A DNA stretch of 64,000 bases. Origin: Octopus bimaculoides (taxonomy: Eukaryota). A program made the translations under genes and the position numbers. The stretch covers positions 70,039,822-70,103,821 of the forward strand of contig NC_068983.1 in NCBI RefSeq assembly GCF_001194135.2, written 5' to 3'. The notes below the pieces were generated by a model. It had not been told where the DNA came from. It searched no databases and was given only the letters and a program-made list of their open reading frames with translations. Shown here piece after piece: positions 25,676 through 39,214 of the stretch (positions are counted from its first letter, which is position 1; each line of letters opens with the position of its first letter).

Positions 25676-28600
25676 ACACATACAAAGAAATACACATTCA
25701 CATTTCCTTTCCTTCATCACAACAAATAAAATTATAAGGTTTACAAATCTTCTACATTTAATATTAAAATTGATGAAAGATATTGTGATTAATATTCTCT
25801 TCAGAACCAAACTTTAATGGTTCACTGTATTGTTAGTGTGGGTGCACTGAGGTATTCAATTTCATGGCATGATTGATGACAAAACATCTCCAAGTAGGTC
25901 TTCCTGAAGGATCCAGCAAAAGTCTGTGACTAAGTGTCATTTTAGAAAAAGAAGTTGACAATCATTTCATATTAAATTTAACTGGATCCAGCTTACCATT
26001 GCATATAATACACATCACACACACACACACATGCATGCATACACACAGACACACACACAGACACACACAGACACACACACACACACAGTCACACACACAC
26101 ACACAGACACAGACACAGACACACACACAGACACACACACACTATGTGTGAGTGCCTTAAAGATTTATGCATATATATATATGAATCATTTCATGTCAGC
26201 AAGGAAAAGTGCTTTGTCATGGCCACAGTGTAATATGTGAAACCAATAAAAGAATAAAAAGAACTAATATTTGTCCATCATTTAATGACTATTTTCCATA
26301 CTGGCATGGGTTTGATAGTTCAATAGGAACCAGTGGAACAGAGGATTGAGAAATGCTCCAGTGTCTGAATTGGTTCAATTTCTTTTGCTTGATACCCTTG
26401 CTAGCACGAAACATTTTACAGAGTATAGTGGGTAGTGTGCTTTTTGTGGTACCAGCACTAGTGAAGTTGCCTTGTTACTTGTAAAATAAAGGACCTAGAG
26501 GGATCTCTATAACTGAAGAAGGATAGATGATTCTAGGCAGGATGATTTGAAAGGGACCAATTTATTGTCGTGAGAGGATAGTGGAGGGGGAGATAGTTAT
26601 AGTTATGGACCCTGTTGGGAGAGGGAGTTCAGGAAGGACTGGGAAAGGGAAGTGATTAATGTTGGGCTTGTGAAAAAAAGATGGACAGATGCGTAAGGGA
26701 CAAGCGATGAGTTGTACCGGAAGGGTCCAGTGTTTTGTATAACACACACACCCATACACACACCCACACTCACATATGGAAATCCTTGTAATTCATATCA
26801 GCATGTAAAATGATCATTAAAGCAATATTGATTATGAAGATTTTCAATGAATAAATAAATAAAATTAGACAAAGTCTAATTTTATCTAAAACATATGACT
26901 TGTTCCACTGTTGAACCTGTTTGGCAACTGATCTGATCTGACCTGAGTTTATTTGTTGTAACTAAAACATTTGCAACGTGTTAGAGTCATATTGCTCCAT
27001 TAAACATACATGTCTTGTTTATTCCCTTTTGCTCTTTTGTCTTTTAGTTGTATGTATTGTTATATCTCAATTATTCTCCCTTCATTTATAATCTAGCCAG
27101 TTCTACTCTCGTTGACTACCTCTCATTGTTTTGTGTTTCTTTCATTTTCTCTTTTAAAGCACTAAATCAATCAATTGGGATATTTGATAGTGCAGCTAAA
27201 TGCTGTAACTTGCTTGTTGACTTGGCTATAATATTTTATATAGTTTAAATATTCTAGTTTAGAATGGTAACATTTATGTAACCTCATAGTTATATGTTTG
27301 CCAGAATTTGTTTCAGCTGTTCGTAAAGTTGTTATTATTCTAGCATTTACTGCTAATCTTGGCTGGATGCTTGTCTATCCATTTATCATTTTTCCAAGAA
27401 TGAAAAAAATAGAAAAAAATAAAAAAAATATAAAGATGACAAAATAGAAAATAAAAACATCACTGCATACTTCTTAGTGATAAAGAAAATTGATGTAGGA
27501 AGCTTCTGAGTTCCTTATTGACATGCTTTTTCAATAAAAATTGCCTGCCAGAATCAGTTTTGCTTTTCAATTTTCTGAAATCAATAAGAACAAAAAAATA
27601 AGTACCAGTCATAATCTAGGATTGATTGAATCAATTATTCTCCATCATAAGAAAAGTGTGAGGTTATGCAAATTTGAGAAATCCTTGTAAAATGTTCTTT
27701 TCTTTTACTTGTTGGATTTGATATTTATGTGACCCATTTTGAAGCGATTCTGGTGTGTAAGCTGACACAGTGTAAGACTTCAGAGACATCAGTTATACAT
27801 TTCAAAATTTCTGGTGTTCATTATTTTATCTATGGAAAAAAAAGATGAGTAAAATATCTATCTTATTTTATTGGATGATCATCATGAATTATGGTAATGA
27901 TCATCATTATTATTATTATTCAACACCTGTTTTTTTTTCAGAAAACAATTCATGACATATAGCCATTCTGTTATACTTAATATTTGCAAGATCTGGAACA
28001 ACCACCAGTTCTCACATGTTCCATTGTCTTCCAACAATACTTTTTCTCTTAAGGACTCATTACTCATTCTTATTCCATGTTGTTTTTCTTGTTCCCCTCA
28101 GATAATGTTATCTTTCTTTACTACTCAGTTGCTTTCTGTCTTTGTTCACTTGTGCTTAATTGAGCATAGCAATAAGCAAGAAATACACATACAAATATTT
28201 GAATTTTAGATCCTCAAAATCAAAATCAAATTTAATAAGCCAAAACAAAAAAGAACGAAAATAATGAAAAATATACGCATAATCATAACTAGTGTGCTAA
28301 AATAGTATATAAATAGAAGAATCAATATGATATTGCATAATTAGTTTGCCTTTTGGTGTTTCTTTTTCCAAAATAAAACAGCCTTTTCACATATTTTGAT
28401 ATTTAAAAGTTCCATTTAAGGTTGTGAGCAACATTTCATCTGTCTTCACATTCTGAGTTCAAATTCTGGTGAGGTCAGCTTTGCCTTTCATCTTTTTGGG
28501 TTGATAAAATAAGTACCAGTTAAGCACTAGGATCAATGCAATCAACTTACCTCCTCCCCTGAAATTGCTAGCCCTGTGTCAAAATTTGCAACCAATATTT

Positions 28601-28909
28601 AAGAGTTCCACTATGCCAGTGGCATTTGATAGAATTTAATTCATTATCATTTAGCTATTTCTGTTTTAATAGGTTGTTATGTAAATTTTGTCATATCTGT
28701 TGGTTTGCCTAAATTCAAATGTTTCTGTTTTGACAGGTTTCAGTCAGTAGACTTCAAGGGTTTTAATCAATACTTTATCAGTCATACAGACTCCAATACT
28801 TATAACAGTCTAGTACTCATTTTGTAAATCTCTATTTGTTGAACTACTCAGTTAAAAGACATAAGCAATAACATTAGTTTTTAGAAGAGTGTAAACATAA
28901 ACCATGTCT

Positions 28910-29056
28910 GGTAAGTTCACTGTCGTCAATTCACCATTTTTGTCCAATATTATAGTTTTTAACTATTAATAGTGAGATATTATGGATAATATTTTCTTGG
29001 TAAACTTACCTCACAGTAAACTTTCTTTACGGTGAATTGATGGTGGTGAACTTACC
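28910..29056. mobile_element. Small MITE, 147 bp, with 26-bp TIRs
   Basis: ggtaagttcactgtcgtcaattcacc / ggtgaattgatggtggtgaacttacc (4 transitions), plus an internal ggtaaacttacc repeat. TSD unclear. Confidence 0.7.
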
Positions 29057-29715
29057 TGTAATCAACATAAACACAGATATTGGAGCACATGTTTTCATCT
29101 ACCAAATTCCACTGACAAAGTAGCAGTCAACCTGAGCCTGACATTTGTCCAGTCTATTGCCCAAGGGAACAAACCAGGAATCATGTGACTGCAAGCTTAC
29201 AAAGCAAACTTTTTAAATACACTGCCAAGTCTGCACTTATATCTGTAATGTAATTACATGTTTTCCTTCCCATCATATGCAAATTCTTTATAGTGGCATT
29301 TTGATTGATATATCAACATTAAATTTAAGCTTTACTTTGTTTCTGGATCCTCAACAGGTTATTTTTGTCTTATTAAATGGAGATATAACAATTATATATA
29401 ACTGAGAATTTTAATAATCTGTAAATATTGAAACATAAATAAAATCAATTCTTTTGCATGAGAAGATTTGCATTTGGCACTGAAAATCAGTAAAGTTTGT
29501 TTGATGCTAAGTGCAAAACCATTCCATCTTATTCTTAGGATGCATTCTATTTTCTGGTAAACCATGCTGCATTTAAGGGCCATTTTCTGTTACTGCTGCA
29601 TAGCCCTGTTATTGCTGCATAATGATGAAATACAAATTCTAAAGTATAGTTAGTGACACTGAAACTTCAAAACTATTTTGAAATGGTAAAAAAGAAAAAA
29701 AAAATGTTCTTAACT

Positions 29716-30108
29716 GTGTGGCTGTGTAATTAGAAGTTTGCTTCTCAACCACATGGTTCCAGGTTCAGTCTGACTGTGTGGCACATTGGGCAAGTGTCTT
29801 TTACTATAGCCTTGGGCTGACCAAGGCCTTGTGAGTAGATTTGGTAGATGGAAACTGAAAGAAGCCTGTTGTATATGTGTGTGTGTGTGTCTGCCTGTGT
29901 TTGTTTTCTACCACGTTTTGACAACTGATGTTGCTTTGTTTATGTCCCTGTATATTAGCAGCTTGACTGAAGAGACCACTTGGATAAGTACCAAGGTTAA
30001 CAAAAAAAAAAAAAAATTGGGGTCAATTCATTCGACTAAAAATTCTTCAAGGCAGTGCCCCAGCATGGCTGCAGTCTAACGGCTGAAACAAGTAGAAGAT
30101 AACAAGAT
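29716..30108 (+). mobile_element. Family A SINE, full length, diverged
   Basis: Same head, core and tail as 18677-19080. Confidence 0.85.
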
Positions 30109-30849
30109 TAAATTATTTTGGTTATACAGTCTTGAAGTGGTTATATCACATTGAGTTTTTATTTAATTGTTAATTTTTCTTTCACTACACTAGACATTGA
30201 TTGTATTGGATAATGTTTAAACTGGTGTGTACTTCTTTCTGCACCTTCTTTCCTATGATCATATGTTTACAATGGAGTTTAGTCAGAACTAAGTCTAAAA
30301 GGCTGTAAAACTTACCTTTAATGTGAAATTGCTTCAATAAAATCCTGAATTTAGAGCTCATTTGAATTCCAAGTAAATATCCTCTTGAAAACTATTAATT
30401 GCCTTTGGTCTGTCTATTCTTCTAATTCTGAACATTCACTGTGACTTGCATACATACATGTGTGTGTGTGTGTATACAGACAGACACACATACACATACA
30501 TGCGTGCATACACACACTCACACACACACATACACATACACGCACATGTAAGGTAAGTGTATGTGTAGTTATGTATGTATGTGCATGTGTTGAATAAAAG
30601 TAAAATGGTATGATGATACGATACGTAAGATTTTATTTCTTTTAACTAGTTTGTGCAAATTCAGTGCACCTGCAGTTCAGTGATTACTTTCATCTTTATA
30701 GTAATCATAGTATGTAATTTGCTTGATAAATCTCAGATGCCAAACACAATTTATGTAAACATATTATTAGCTTGATGTAAATGTTAATGTCTTTCACTGA
30801 AGCGAGCGCACACACATACATACACACACAGACACACACACATTAGAAC

Positions 30850-33395
30850 CATGCAAACTTTTCAAGCTGAGAGGTATATGGTTCTGATGAAGACAAATAT
30901 CAGCTTTATCTGTAACTAAAGATATTATTTGGAAAATTCCAGTTGGAGATAATATAATAATCCATGGGGACTTCAATGCATGAGTAAATGAAAACTTTGA
31001 AATATGGAGCTGTTTAGAACATCATGAGATGAAACATAGTCAAATTCCCATAGTCTATTTTTGCCACAAATGTATGTGCACAATCTTAAAAATGGAAATG
31101 CTCTTGATACTTTTAGTATTCCAGCAGAATTGATCAGATTATGGGGAAGGAAATGTCTGGAGCTTCTGTACATTCTTATATATAATCTGTAGGAAAATGA
31201 TACAATTCTTCAAGAGAAGAAGAATGTGTTACTGAACATGTTACACAAAGGGAAAAGTGGCAAAGACATATGCAACATTTTGTTAGGTATTTCTCTCCTC
31301 TGTGTTGTAGGGAAAATATTGAGTAGAATTAGGTTCATTCTTCATGTTGTGAAATCCCTTCTGCTAAATCTCAAGAAGGTTTTCACCCTGGATGAAGAGC
31401 TTGTTATATGATATTCTCCACTTGTCACTTGAAAGAAAAATGCATGCATTGAACAGAGACTTGATCTCTATCACTGCTTTATTGACCTCACCAAGGCCTC
31501 CTTGATTCAAAGAAATCATGATACATTATGGGCATTTCTTAGACAAAGTCAGTTGTCCAGTTAAATTCACAAATATTATGAAGTCCTTTCATGATGTCAA
31601 AAGAGCATGTGTTGCAATGTCAGAGAATGTTAAGACTCTTTTTCAACCTGTGGTGGTCTGAAATGGGTTGTATAACTACTCCTGCACTATTGGTAATATA
31701 TTTCACAATCATTTTATCAGTCACTTGAAACACTTTAAGAATAGTTGTATATGTTACTGCATAACTGCTAAATTACTCATCCTCAGATAGCTCAGTTGTT
31801 AATCACACCCTTCTGTTTCTTTGGTAAAATATTTCTTGCACCCTGACGAATTTGATATTTTCTCACAATGAAAAATACATTTAAACTCTCATTGAATATT
31901 GTTTGATCTAATATGTTACATTAGCATGTAAGATATTAAGTCTAACAATGACTCTATTCATGAAAATGTTATTCTTTATGAGATCTGCTGTGGAAAACAT
32001 TGTATGAGTCCTGATACAACACATAAAGTATATAATCACAAAATACAACTTTGAAAGCCATCTTCCTTCAAATATCATAGCTGTATGTTAAATATAGATG
32101 TATACCCTGTTGATGAAATTGCAAGTAGAATCTAGGAATAGCTGGTTATCATTTGGAAAATTGCAATATTTTCTATGGTCTCAGCATTATATACAAAATG
32201 ACACTGAATTATCTATCTTCAAAGAACATTTTGTCTATTTTTTTCTTGTATTGCTGTGGAACATGGATATGGATATTATTTTTAAAGCCTGTTTGTTCAT
32301 CATTTGGAGCATTTTCAGCAAAGTGTTTTCAATAAACTTTGCATATATCTTGGAAAGATATTATGTGACTGATGTTGGTGTTTAGAGATAGCAAAAATTG
32401 CAAGAAAGAAGCTCTCTTGCAAAATAACAGACTGAAGTATTCGAGCTATGTAGTTTGGAAGATTGAAGAATTCCAAAGCCTTTTCTCTATAGAGAACTAT
32501 ATTTTGGGGAAATACTTTTTTTTACAAATCAAAGTTAAGATACAGGACTACCTTAAATCACATTTGAAGAAAAGCAATATTTATATGGAAATTTGGGAGA
32601 CTATTGTTCTTAATAGACTCATGGAGAAAATTATAATCAATGTGTACTTGCATTTTGAAAAAAAACACCTTAAACATGCAAAATTAACAAGATGAAAGGT
32701 AACGCCATAGATAGCAATAAGCCCTTCAAATATTTGTGTTGTGAACATATTTCTCTATCTAAAGCTGTCCATGTTAGCCACTCACAAGTACATGAATCAA
32801 AATAATAGTAGTAGCATTGGGGCATGTGCTGTAATACCATGTTGCTGCATCCACCATTTGTTGGTAATTCTCTTCTCTTGGTAGATGACACCTTTACACC
32901 ACTCTGGCAACAGCCCTGTATGGGTCTAGTTGTTGCCAGTAAGGGTTTTATTAGGTCAGAGTGCAAACCCTACCTCAACCTCTTTTAGTCATCTTTTATG
33001 ACATGCAGAGGAAATGTTGGGTCTATTTGTTGGCATGCCAATCTCCACAAAACACTAGAGAAATGCAAAGTGAAGTGTTTTGTTCAAGAACTCAACGTGT
33101 CACCCAGTCTGAGAATTGAACTCATGATCTGGTAATTGTGAGTGGAACACTCTAACCACTAAGCCATGTGCCTTCCCATGAACCAAGAAAGCTAATAAAT
33201 CTCTGTTGCTTGAAAAAACTTATGTCTATCAATTATGCAATAAATGCTATTTTTCTACCAGTGAAAAGACAAGTGTCTGTACACAATGCCAAATGTAATG
33301 ATTCTGCATTGCATTTAAATGAGAAGAGATATTTATGTGATAGCTGTGATAAAAGCTGCAAATCATCAGCTGTGTTAAAATGTCATCTTCATTAA
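30850..33395 (+). mobile_element. Old RTE (BovB-like) LINE relic with endonuclease, RT and C-terminal zinc finger; internally deleted and interrupted by a SINE
   Basis: IIHGDFNA (APE motif); GISLLCVVGKILSRI; EKCMH..RLDLYHCFIDLTKA; FFLYCCGTW...FGAFSAKCF; terminal YLCDSCDKSCKSSAVLKCHLH*. Many stops and frameshifts. Confidence 0.75.
32810..33172 (-). mobile_element. tRNA-head SINE inserted in the RTE relic
   Basis: Reverse-complement head ggcacatggcttagtggttagagtgttccactcacaattaccagatcatgagttcaattctcagact with A/B-box-like motifs. Confidence 0.7.
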
Positions 33396-33829
33396 GAAGT
33401 AGTATTCACACTCAATATTGAATCAATTTCCATTAAAAAAAAAATGTATGTGTGTATGTATGTATGTATATGTGTGTGTATTTGTTTATATGTATTTAGA
33501 TATATGTGTGTGTGTGCATGCATGTATATATGTATGTTGGTAAGTAGATATGTGTGCATGTGCGTCTCATCTTGATATCGCTTGTTAGCTTGAAAATATC
33601 ACACAAGCAGTGTTGTTCAACTGCAATCATCTGTGAAAACATGTCTTGCATTGGTGCTGTTCATGTTCAAAGTGCTTTGGGGAATATTTCTCTTGAAAAC
33701 AAGTGAAGGTTTTAACTACAGAGACAGCATTAGGTCATAGAAAATCTGCCTCAACAAATTCCATCTGACCTATGCAAGAATAAAACAGTGAATGTTAAAA
33801 TGTTGACCAAGATACCTGATGCCTTGCTG

Positions 33830-34140
33830 TACTCAAGATGACCCATCCTCCACAGTAGAAGTGTTACGACCACATTCTCTGGTAAAGAGGATTGACCTGC
33901 AAGAGTCCTGTGCCAGTGCCACATAAAAAGTACTCATGCTGGGCCCATGTGACAGTGTTCATGCCAGTGCCATGTTAAAAGCATCCAGCACACACTGTAG
34001 AGTGTGGTTAGTATTAGGAAGAGCATCCAGCCATAGAAACCAAGCCAAATCAGACTGGAACCTGGTGCAGCTCTCCAGCTTGTCAATGCTGGTCAGACTG
34101 TCCAACCCAGCATAGAAAACAGATGTTAAAGGATGATGAT
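33830..34140 (+). mobile_element. Family C retroposon tail, diverged
   Basis: ...aggaagagcatccagccatagaaaccaagccaaatcagactggaacctggtgcagctctccagc...gatgttaaaggatgatgat. Confidence 0.75.
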
Positions 34141-34150
34141 NNNNNNNNNN

Positions 34151-34349
34151 AATGCAGAGCTATCCTCATCTGCACAAAGATATAGAAATTTAATGAAATT
34201 ACATTTCAACAGAAGGACATATTTTTATAACTACATTTAAACTCTCCAAGTAGAAAGGGAGAATACAAAAAACCATATGTCCTTCTGTTGAAATGTAATT
34301 TCATTAAATTTCTATATCTTTGTGCAGCTGAGGAGGATTCTTCTGCATT
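34151..34349. repeat. Inverted repeat with a perfect 53-bp stem (34170-34222 / 34275-34327), imperfect 20-bp extension and 52-bp spacer
   Basis: Manual alignment. It starts at a contig edge. Confidence 0.85.
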
Positions 34350-34552
34350 TTACATTTGATGTAATGTTCACATTGCTTAACTAAATGGAGTCGCATGAAA
34401 CGATCGTTCCACATTAACTTTGGATATTCTTGCTGCTTATTTTGATTTTAATCACCTTATTTTGAAACTGTATGGATAATACCATACTTAATTCTGGTGC
34501 CTAAACTTAAGTACCATATTCACCTGAATCTATATATATATATATATATATA

Positions 34553-34629
34553 GTGCGTTTTTGGTAATCTACCTTTAGCTCTCATCCTACATTCCAGATG
34601 AGTGCTAAAGGTAGATTACCAAAAAGCAC
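34553..34629. repeat. 77-nt hairpin: 33-bp stem (1 bulge, 1 mismatch) and 10-nt loop
   Basis: gtgcgtttttggtaatctacctttagctctcatc-ctacattcca-gatgagtgctaaaggtagattaccaaaaagcac. Confidence 0.9.
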
Positions 34630-34705
34630 ACCATTGAAAGGAACCAGCCTTGGCATTTTAGAGAAATTCACTATCTGCCTGGATTTCATATCCCTGCTCT
34701 TGCTA

Positions 34706-35030
34706 TCATCATCATCATCATCATCATCGTTTAACGTCCGCTTTCCATGCTAGCATGGGTTGGACGATTTGACTGAAGACTGATGAACCAGATGGCTACA
34801 CCAGGCTCCAATCTGATTTGGCAGAGTTTCTACAGCTAGATGCCCTTCCTAACGCCAACCACTCCGAGAGTGTAGTGGGTGCTTTTACGTGCCACCGGCA
34901 CGAAGGCCAGTCAGGCGGTACTGGCAACGGCCACGCTCAAAATGGTGCACCCCATGTGCCAGCGGCACTGGCAACGATCTCGTTTGAATGTCTTTTCATG
35001 TGCCACCGGCACAAGTGCCAAGAACGTGAA
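34706..35030 (-). mobile_element. Family C retroposon tail, young CpG-rich copy
   Basis: (CAT)n cgtttaacgtccgctttccatgctagcatggg...gcttttacgtgccaccggcacgaaggccagtcaggcggtactggcaacggcc. Confidence 0.9.
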
Positions 35031-35036
35031 GCTGTG

Positions 35037-35067
<31 letters not shown>

Positions 35068-35127
35068 NNNNNNNNNNNNNNNNNNNNNNNNNNNNNNNNA
35101 TATGTATATATTCTTTTCTTCTTTTTC

Positions 35128-35497
35128 TTCTTTTATTTGTTTCAGTCATTTGACTGCAGCCATGCTGGAGCACCACATTGAAGGGTTTTAGTCAAACAAA
35201 TCAATCCCAGGACTTATTCTTTGTAAGCCTAGTACTTATTCTATTGGTCACTTTTGTCGAACCACTAAGTTATAGGGACATAAACACACCACCATTGGTT
35301 GTCAAGTGATGGTCAAAGGACAAATGCAGATACACACATACAATGACAGGTTTCTTTCAGTTTCCGTCTACCACATCCACTCACAAAGCTTTGGTTGGCC
35401 TGAGGCTATAGTAGAAGACACTTGCCCCAAGTGCCATGCAGTGGGACTGAACCTGGAAGCATGTGGTTGGGAAGCATGCTTCTTACCACACAGCCAC
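35128..35497 (-). mobile_element. Family A SINE, full length
   Basis: Reverse complement of the 18677-19080 type. Confidence 0.85.
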
Positions 35498-36514
35498 GTT
35501 ATGTTTGTGTTTATGCATTTGGATATGTATATATGTGTGTGAACATAAATATGTGTGTGCGTGTATTTTCATGACTGTGTAAATATGCATGTACACATTA
35601 TTCAAACAGATGTTTCATTTGAATCTTTAGATTCTTTTTCAAATTTGTTGCCAAGAATTGGCTTACAAGTTTGAATATTAACATAGGATTTGAGAGCAGA
35701 TGTTGTTTATGTTAGCATATGTCTTCCAATGCTAATCAAGCATTATTTTAAATTTGGTATACTTAGGGAACCATAAAATGGATTGCCTAAGGAAACAACA
35801 GAGTGCTTGTGACAGTTTAAATCCTCATCTTGATAATCCCAAATTCAGTGTCTGAAGCAAAAACATTGTTCTGGAACAATTACAACACAGGGAAGTGGGT
35901 CTGGTGAATGATTCATGGTGTAGATGTACAACTCACATGTTAATTAAATTTAGAGCTGAAGCATTTAATGATATATATAAATGAGAAAGATGTGAACTAC
36001 AAGTATGATTAAGGAATCAAATTCTTTCATGACAGATCCTGTAATTTCAGTTTAACTTTTCTTCATTTGCTCATTCATAATGTTAAGAACTTTTTGTTAG
36101 ACTTGTCAACTTTTTCAATGACTTGAATTATAAATGAAGTACCATAATTGGAAGAAAATCTTAGAAACTAATATGTGGTCTTTTTATCCACAAAGAAAAA
36201 TCATAAGATTCACTGGTGTTAATAAAGCTGAACTTAATTTCTGAGGGTATAGTGTTGAGTGAATGAAATATTTCTTAATCGGGATAAGCTGACAGTTTGT
36301 TGTAGTTATTTCCGGATTCTCTACCGCTGATTTTTTACAGTTTGTGAATGTGAGTTAAAGCACATTCAATTTAGGTATGTTAATCACAGGTATGGTGAAA
36401 CATCTCTGGTCGATACACTCATGTTATGTGTATGAACTGGTAGCCCAGAAACTTGTCCTCTCACCTATTTAGTTTCAACTTATTTCCCAGGTACTCTTTT
36501 ATTTTTTTGCTAAC

Positions 36515-36870
36515 TCATCATCATTGTTTAATGTCTGTTTACCATGCTGGCATGGATTGGACAATTTGACAGGAGCCAGCCAGCTGGAGAGCTGTTGAGA
36601 CTCCAATAGTTTGTTTTAGCTTGGTTTCTATGTCTAGATGCTCTTCCTAATGCCAACTACTCTACAGAGTATGTTGGATGCTTTTACATGCTACCAGTAT
36701 AGGTGCATTTACGTGGCACCAACACAAATGCACTTTACATGGCACAGGCACGAGTGTACTTTATGTGGAAGTAGCATGAGTGCATTTTATGTGGCACTGG
36801 TATGAGTGCATCTCACATGGCACTGGCATGAGTACATTTTATGTGGCACTCGCACCTGCAAAACAAAGAT
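36515..36870 (-). mobile_element. Family C tail with an internal tandem array of roughly 26-bp units (36700-36850)
   Basis: About six degenerate units of gcattttatgtggcactggcatgagt. Confidence 0.7.
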
Positions 36871-38151
36871 CTCTCAGCTGGGAGAGGGAGTGAGGGCATA
36901 CCCATAAAGAACATGCCTGTATGTATGGATGGTCATGATTTCACTTAGCTTGATATGCCTTTCAAGTACAATGATCACCACAAGTTTTGGTCCTATGTCA
37001 TCTCTTCAGTGAGGTGCAAAAATCCTTTTTACCTCAACTTACCCTGCTGGAAATTGCGTAATTATGATAAGTTAGAAATAAAGCTAGTCTATACTGATGT
37101 TCTCTGTGGTTGGAACAGAGATAGAGGAAGCTTTGTCACCAGGATTTGAGGAGGATGGAAAATGTTAGTAAAGATGCTACCTCTGTTAGCAACAAATGGT
37201 TTACATCCATTTAAATATGACGGTATGTAAAGCAAATGTTTGAAGTGTGATTTTATGTAGTAGTGAAACTTGACAACTGAATTCAAAATATCTAAAGAGA
37301 TTGGAAGGAAAAAAGATAAGTATCTTTCAGATATGCAGTCTTAAATATGAGAAAAGCTCAAAAGAAGGGAGTTGAGAATAGTATCTGATATATAATGGTA
37401 TACAACTACACTGCTATGGATATGTATGCTCTTCAGTTACAGCATGTAATTTCAGGCGATGAAAACATTTAATGATTAGTTTGTTTAAATACTTTTCTTA
37501 TAATTTCAACGATCCAGAGTTTTTTTCTTTAAATAATGTCAAATTATTTGAGGTTAGAAAAATTATGAAAAATGTTTCTCTGTTGGGTACGCATATTTCT
37601 TAGACTGATTGTACATTCTAGTTAGTAGTAGACCTGTCATTTTGTATTTTTGGAGCTCTCCATGGCATTCAAAATATTTTGCAGTTTTATTGCAAATAGT
37701 AAAGCTATCCATGACGTGTTGGTGGTAACAACATTTCTGGTTTCATCTTCTGATATTCCAAAAATACTATTCAAAGATTGGTGCATTCTTTTTCATATAT
37801 TACTTGGTATTTTTATAGTTGAAATTGCATAGTTTGTCCTAGTTAATTTTTAATCAGTAGTCTTACATCTCTGTCTTTATGGAATGCTGGGTTATGTCTA
37901 GTAAAGCATATAAACTGACAATAATAGGGATTTTAATAGTTTTGTGTATTGATGGAAAGATCCTTTGAATTCTTGACCTCTGCTTTTTTATTATATGTGG
38001 AAGAAGTGTCTAAATTTATCATCAAGTGTCATTTAATAGTACATTGTATAGTGTTATAAGAGCATAATCTTTATAACCTTGTCTGGAAACAAAAGTTTGT
38101 AAGTTCAAACCTAGCCTGTGCCTTTATATACAGACACACACATATACACAG

Positions 38152-38185
<34 letters not shown>

Positions 38186-38710
38186 GTACAGTACCTGATG
38201 AAAACATAATTGAAATCTATTTTTATACCAAAATGAAAAACAACAAAGATGTGTTGGTAGTGGTGGCTTCTATACAGTCATTCAAGCTGCTAGAAATTGC
38301 AGTCAGTGAAGCCAAGCCATCCTCAAATTGCACTCTGCATTTTAAGATAAGAAAGAGAAGGAAGTACATATTGGATAATATATGTCTTTTAAAAAATGGG
38401 ATAATTACCAACAGAATGTCTTTGGTCATAGGGTTTGTTCAGTCATGGGCTGACCTAGGTCTATGCAGCAGTAACAACAGCTATAAAAGCAAATGATGAG
38501 TTTAAAAATCTGATGAATGTTTCCATAACTCAACTTAGGCACATGGGAATTTTAAGTATTAATGATACGTTAACAGTAATGATGAAATATTTGGAATTAA
38601 GTAAACAGAAATTCACTAGAAAATATGTGATATTGTAACAACTGAAGGGACAAACCTATAGCATTTGATAACAGAATGAAGCAGTAATATAGCACCTTTT
38701 TTTTCTCCAG

Positions 38711-38752
38711 TGTTTTTCCTATGCTGTACAAAGCTACTGTTATTCAAAGAAG
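38711..38752 (+). CDS. Candidate 42-nt exon
   Basis: Acceptor ccttttttttctccag and donor AAG|gtaggt. All three frames are open, so the product is undetermined. Confidence 0.25.
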
Positions 38753-39117
38753 GTAGGTAATGTGAAATAGCTACACACAAATCCATAAAATTAAGGTTGA
38801 ATTTTTTTATGGCTAATATAAACATGATTCTGATGAATAAAAAGAAACCATATGGCATTGTATTCTTCCACCTGAATATCTTAATGACTTCTTAGGTTAA
38901 AACATTTTACTAAATTCTCATTTTTTTAAATTATTTTTTTTTTAGCATTGCTGATATATTTGAGTGTTTCCTCTGAAAAGTACTATTTTGACTGGATGTC
39001 AGCCAAAAATGTAAAGGTAGTTTATTGAAAGAATAGTGATGTGTGGGTGTGATACAAATATGCTGTTCTTTACTGGAAACTTCAGTTTATAAAAGAGGAG
39101 AGAGTGAGCGAGAAAGT

Positions 39118-39161
<44 letters not shown>

Positions 39162-39174
39162 AGANNNNNNNNNN

Positions 39175-39214
<40 letters not shown>

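Noticed and set aside
36341-36390. 9-nt micro-exon and adjacent AG|GT recursive-splice-like sites
   Set aside because: No host gene or strand is established, and such motifs are expected by chance.
38833-38860. CTGATGA...GAAA-CCATATGG hammerhead-like string
   Set aside because: There is no stem II and no U at the cleavage triplet (GGC).
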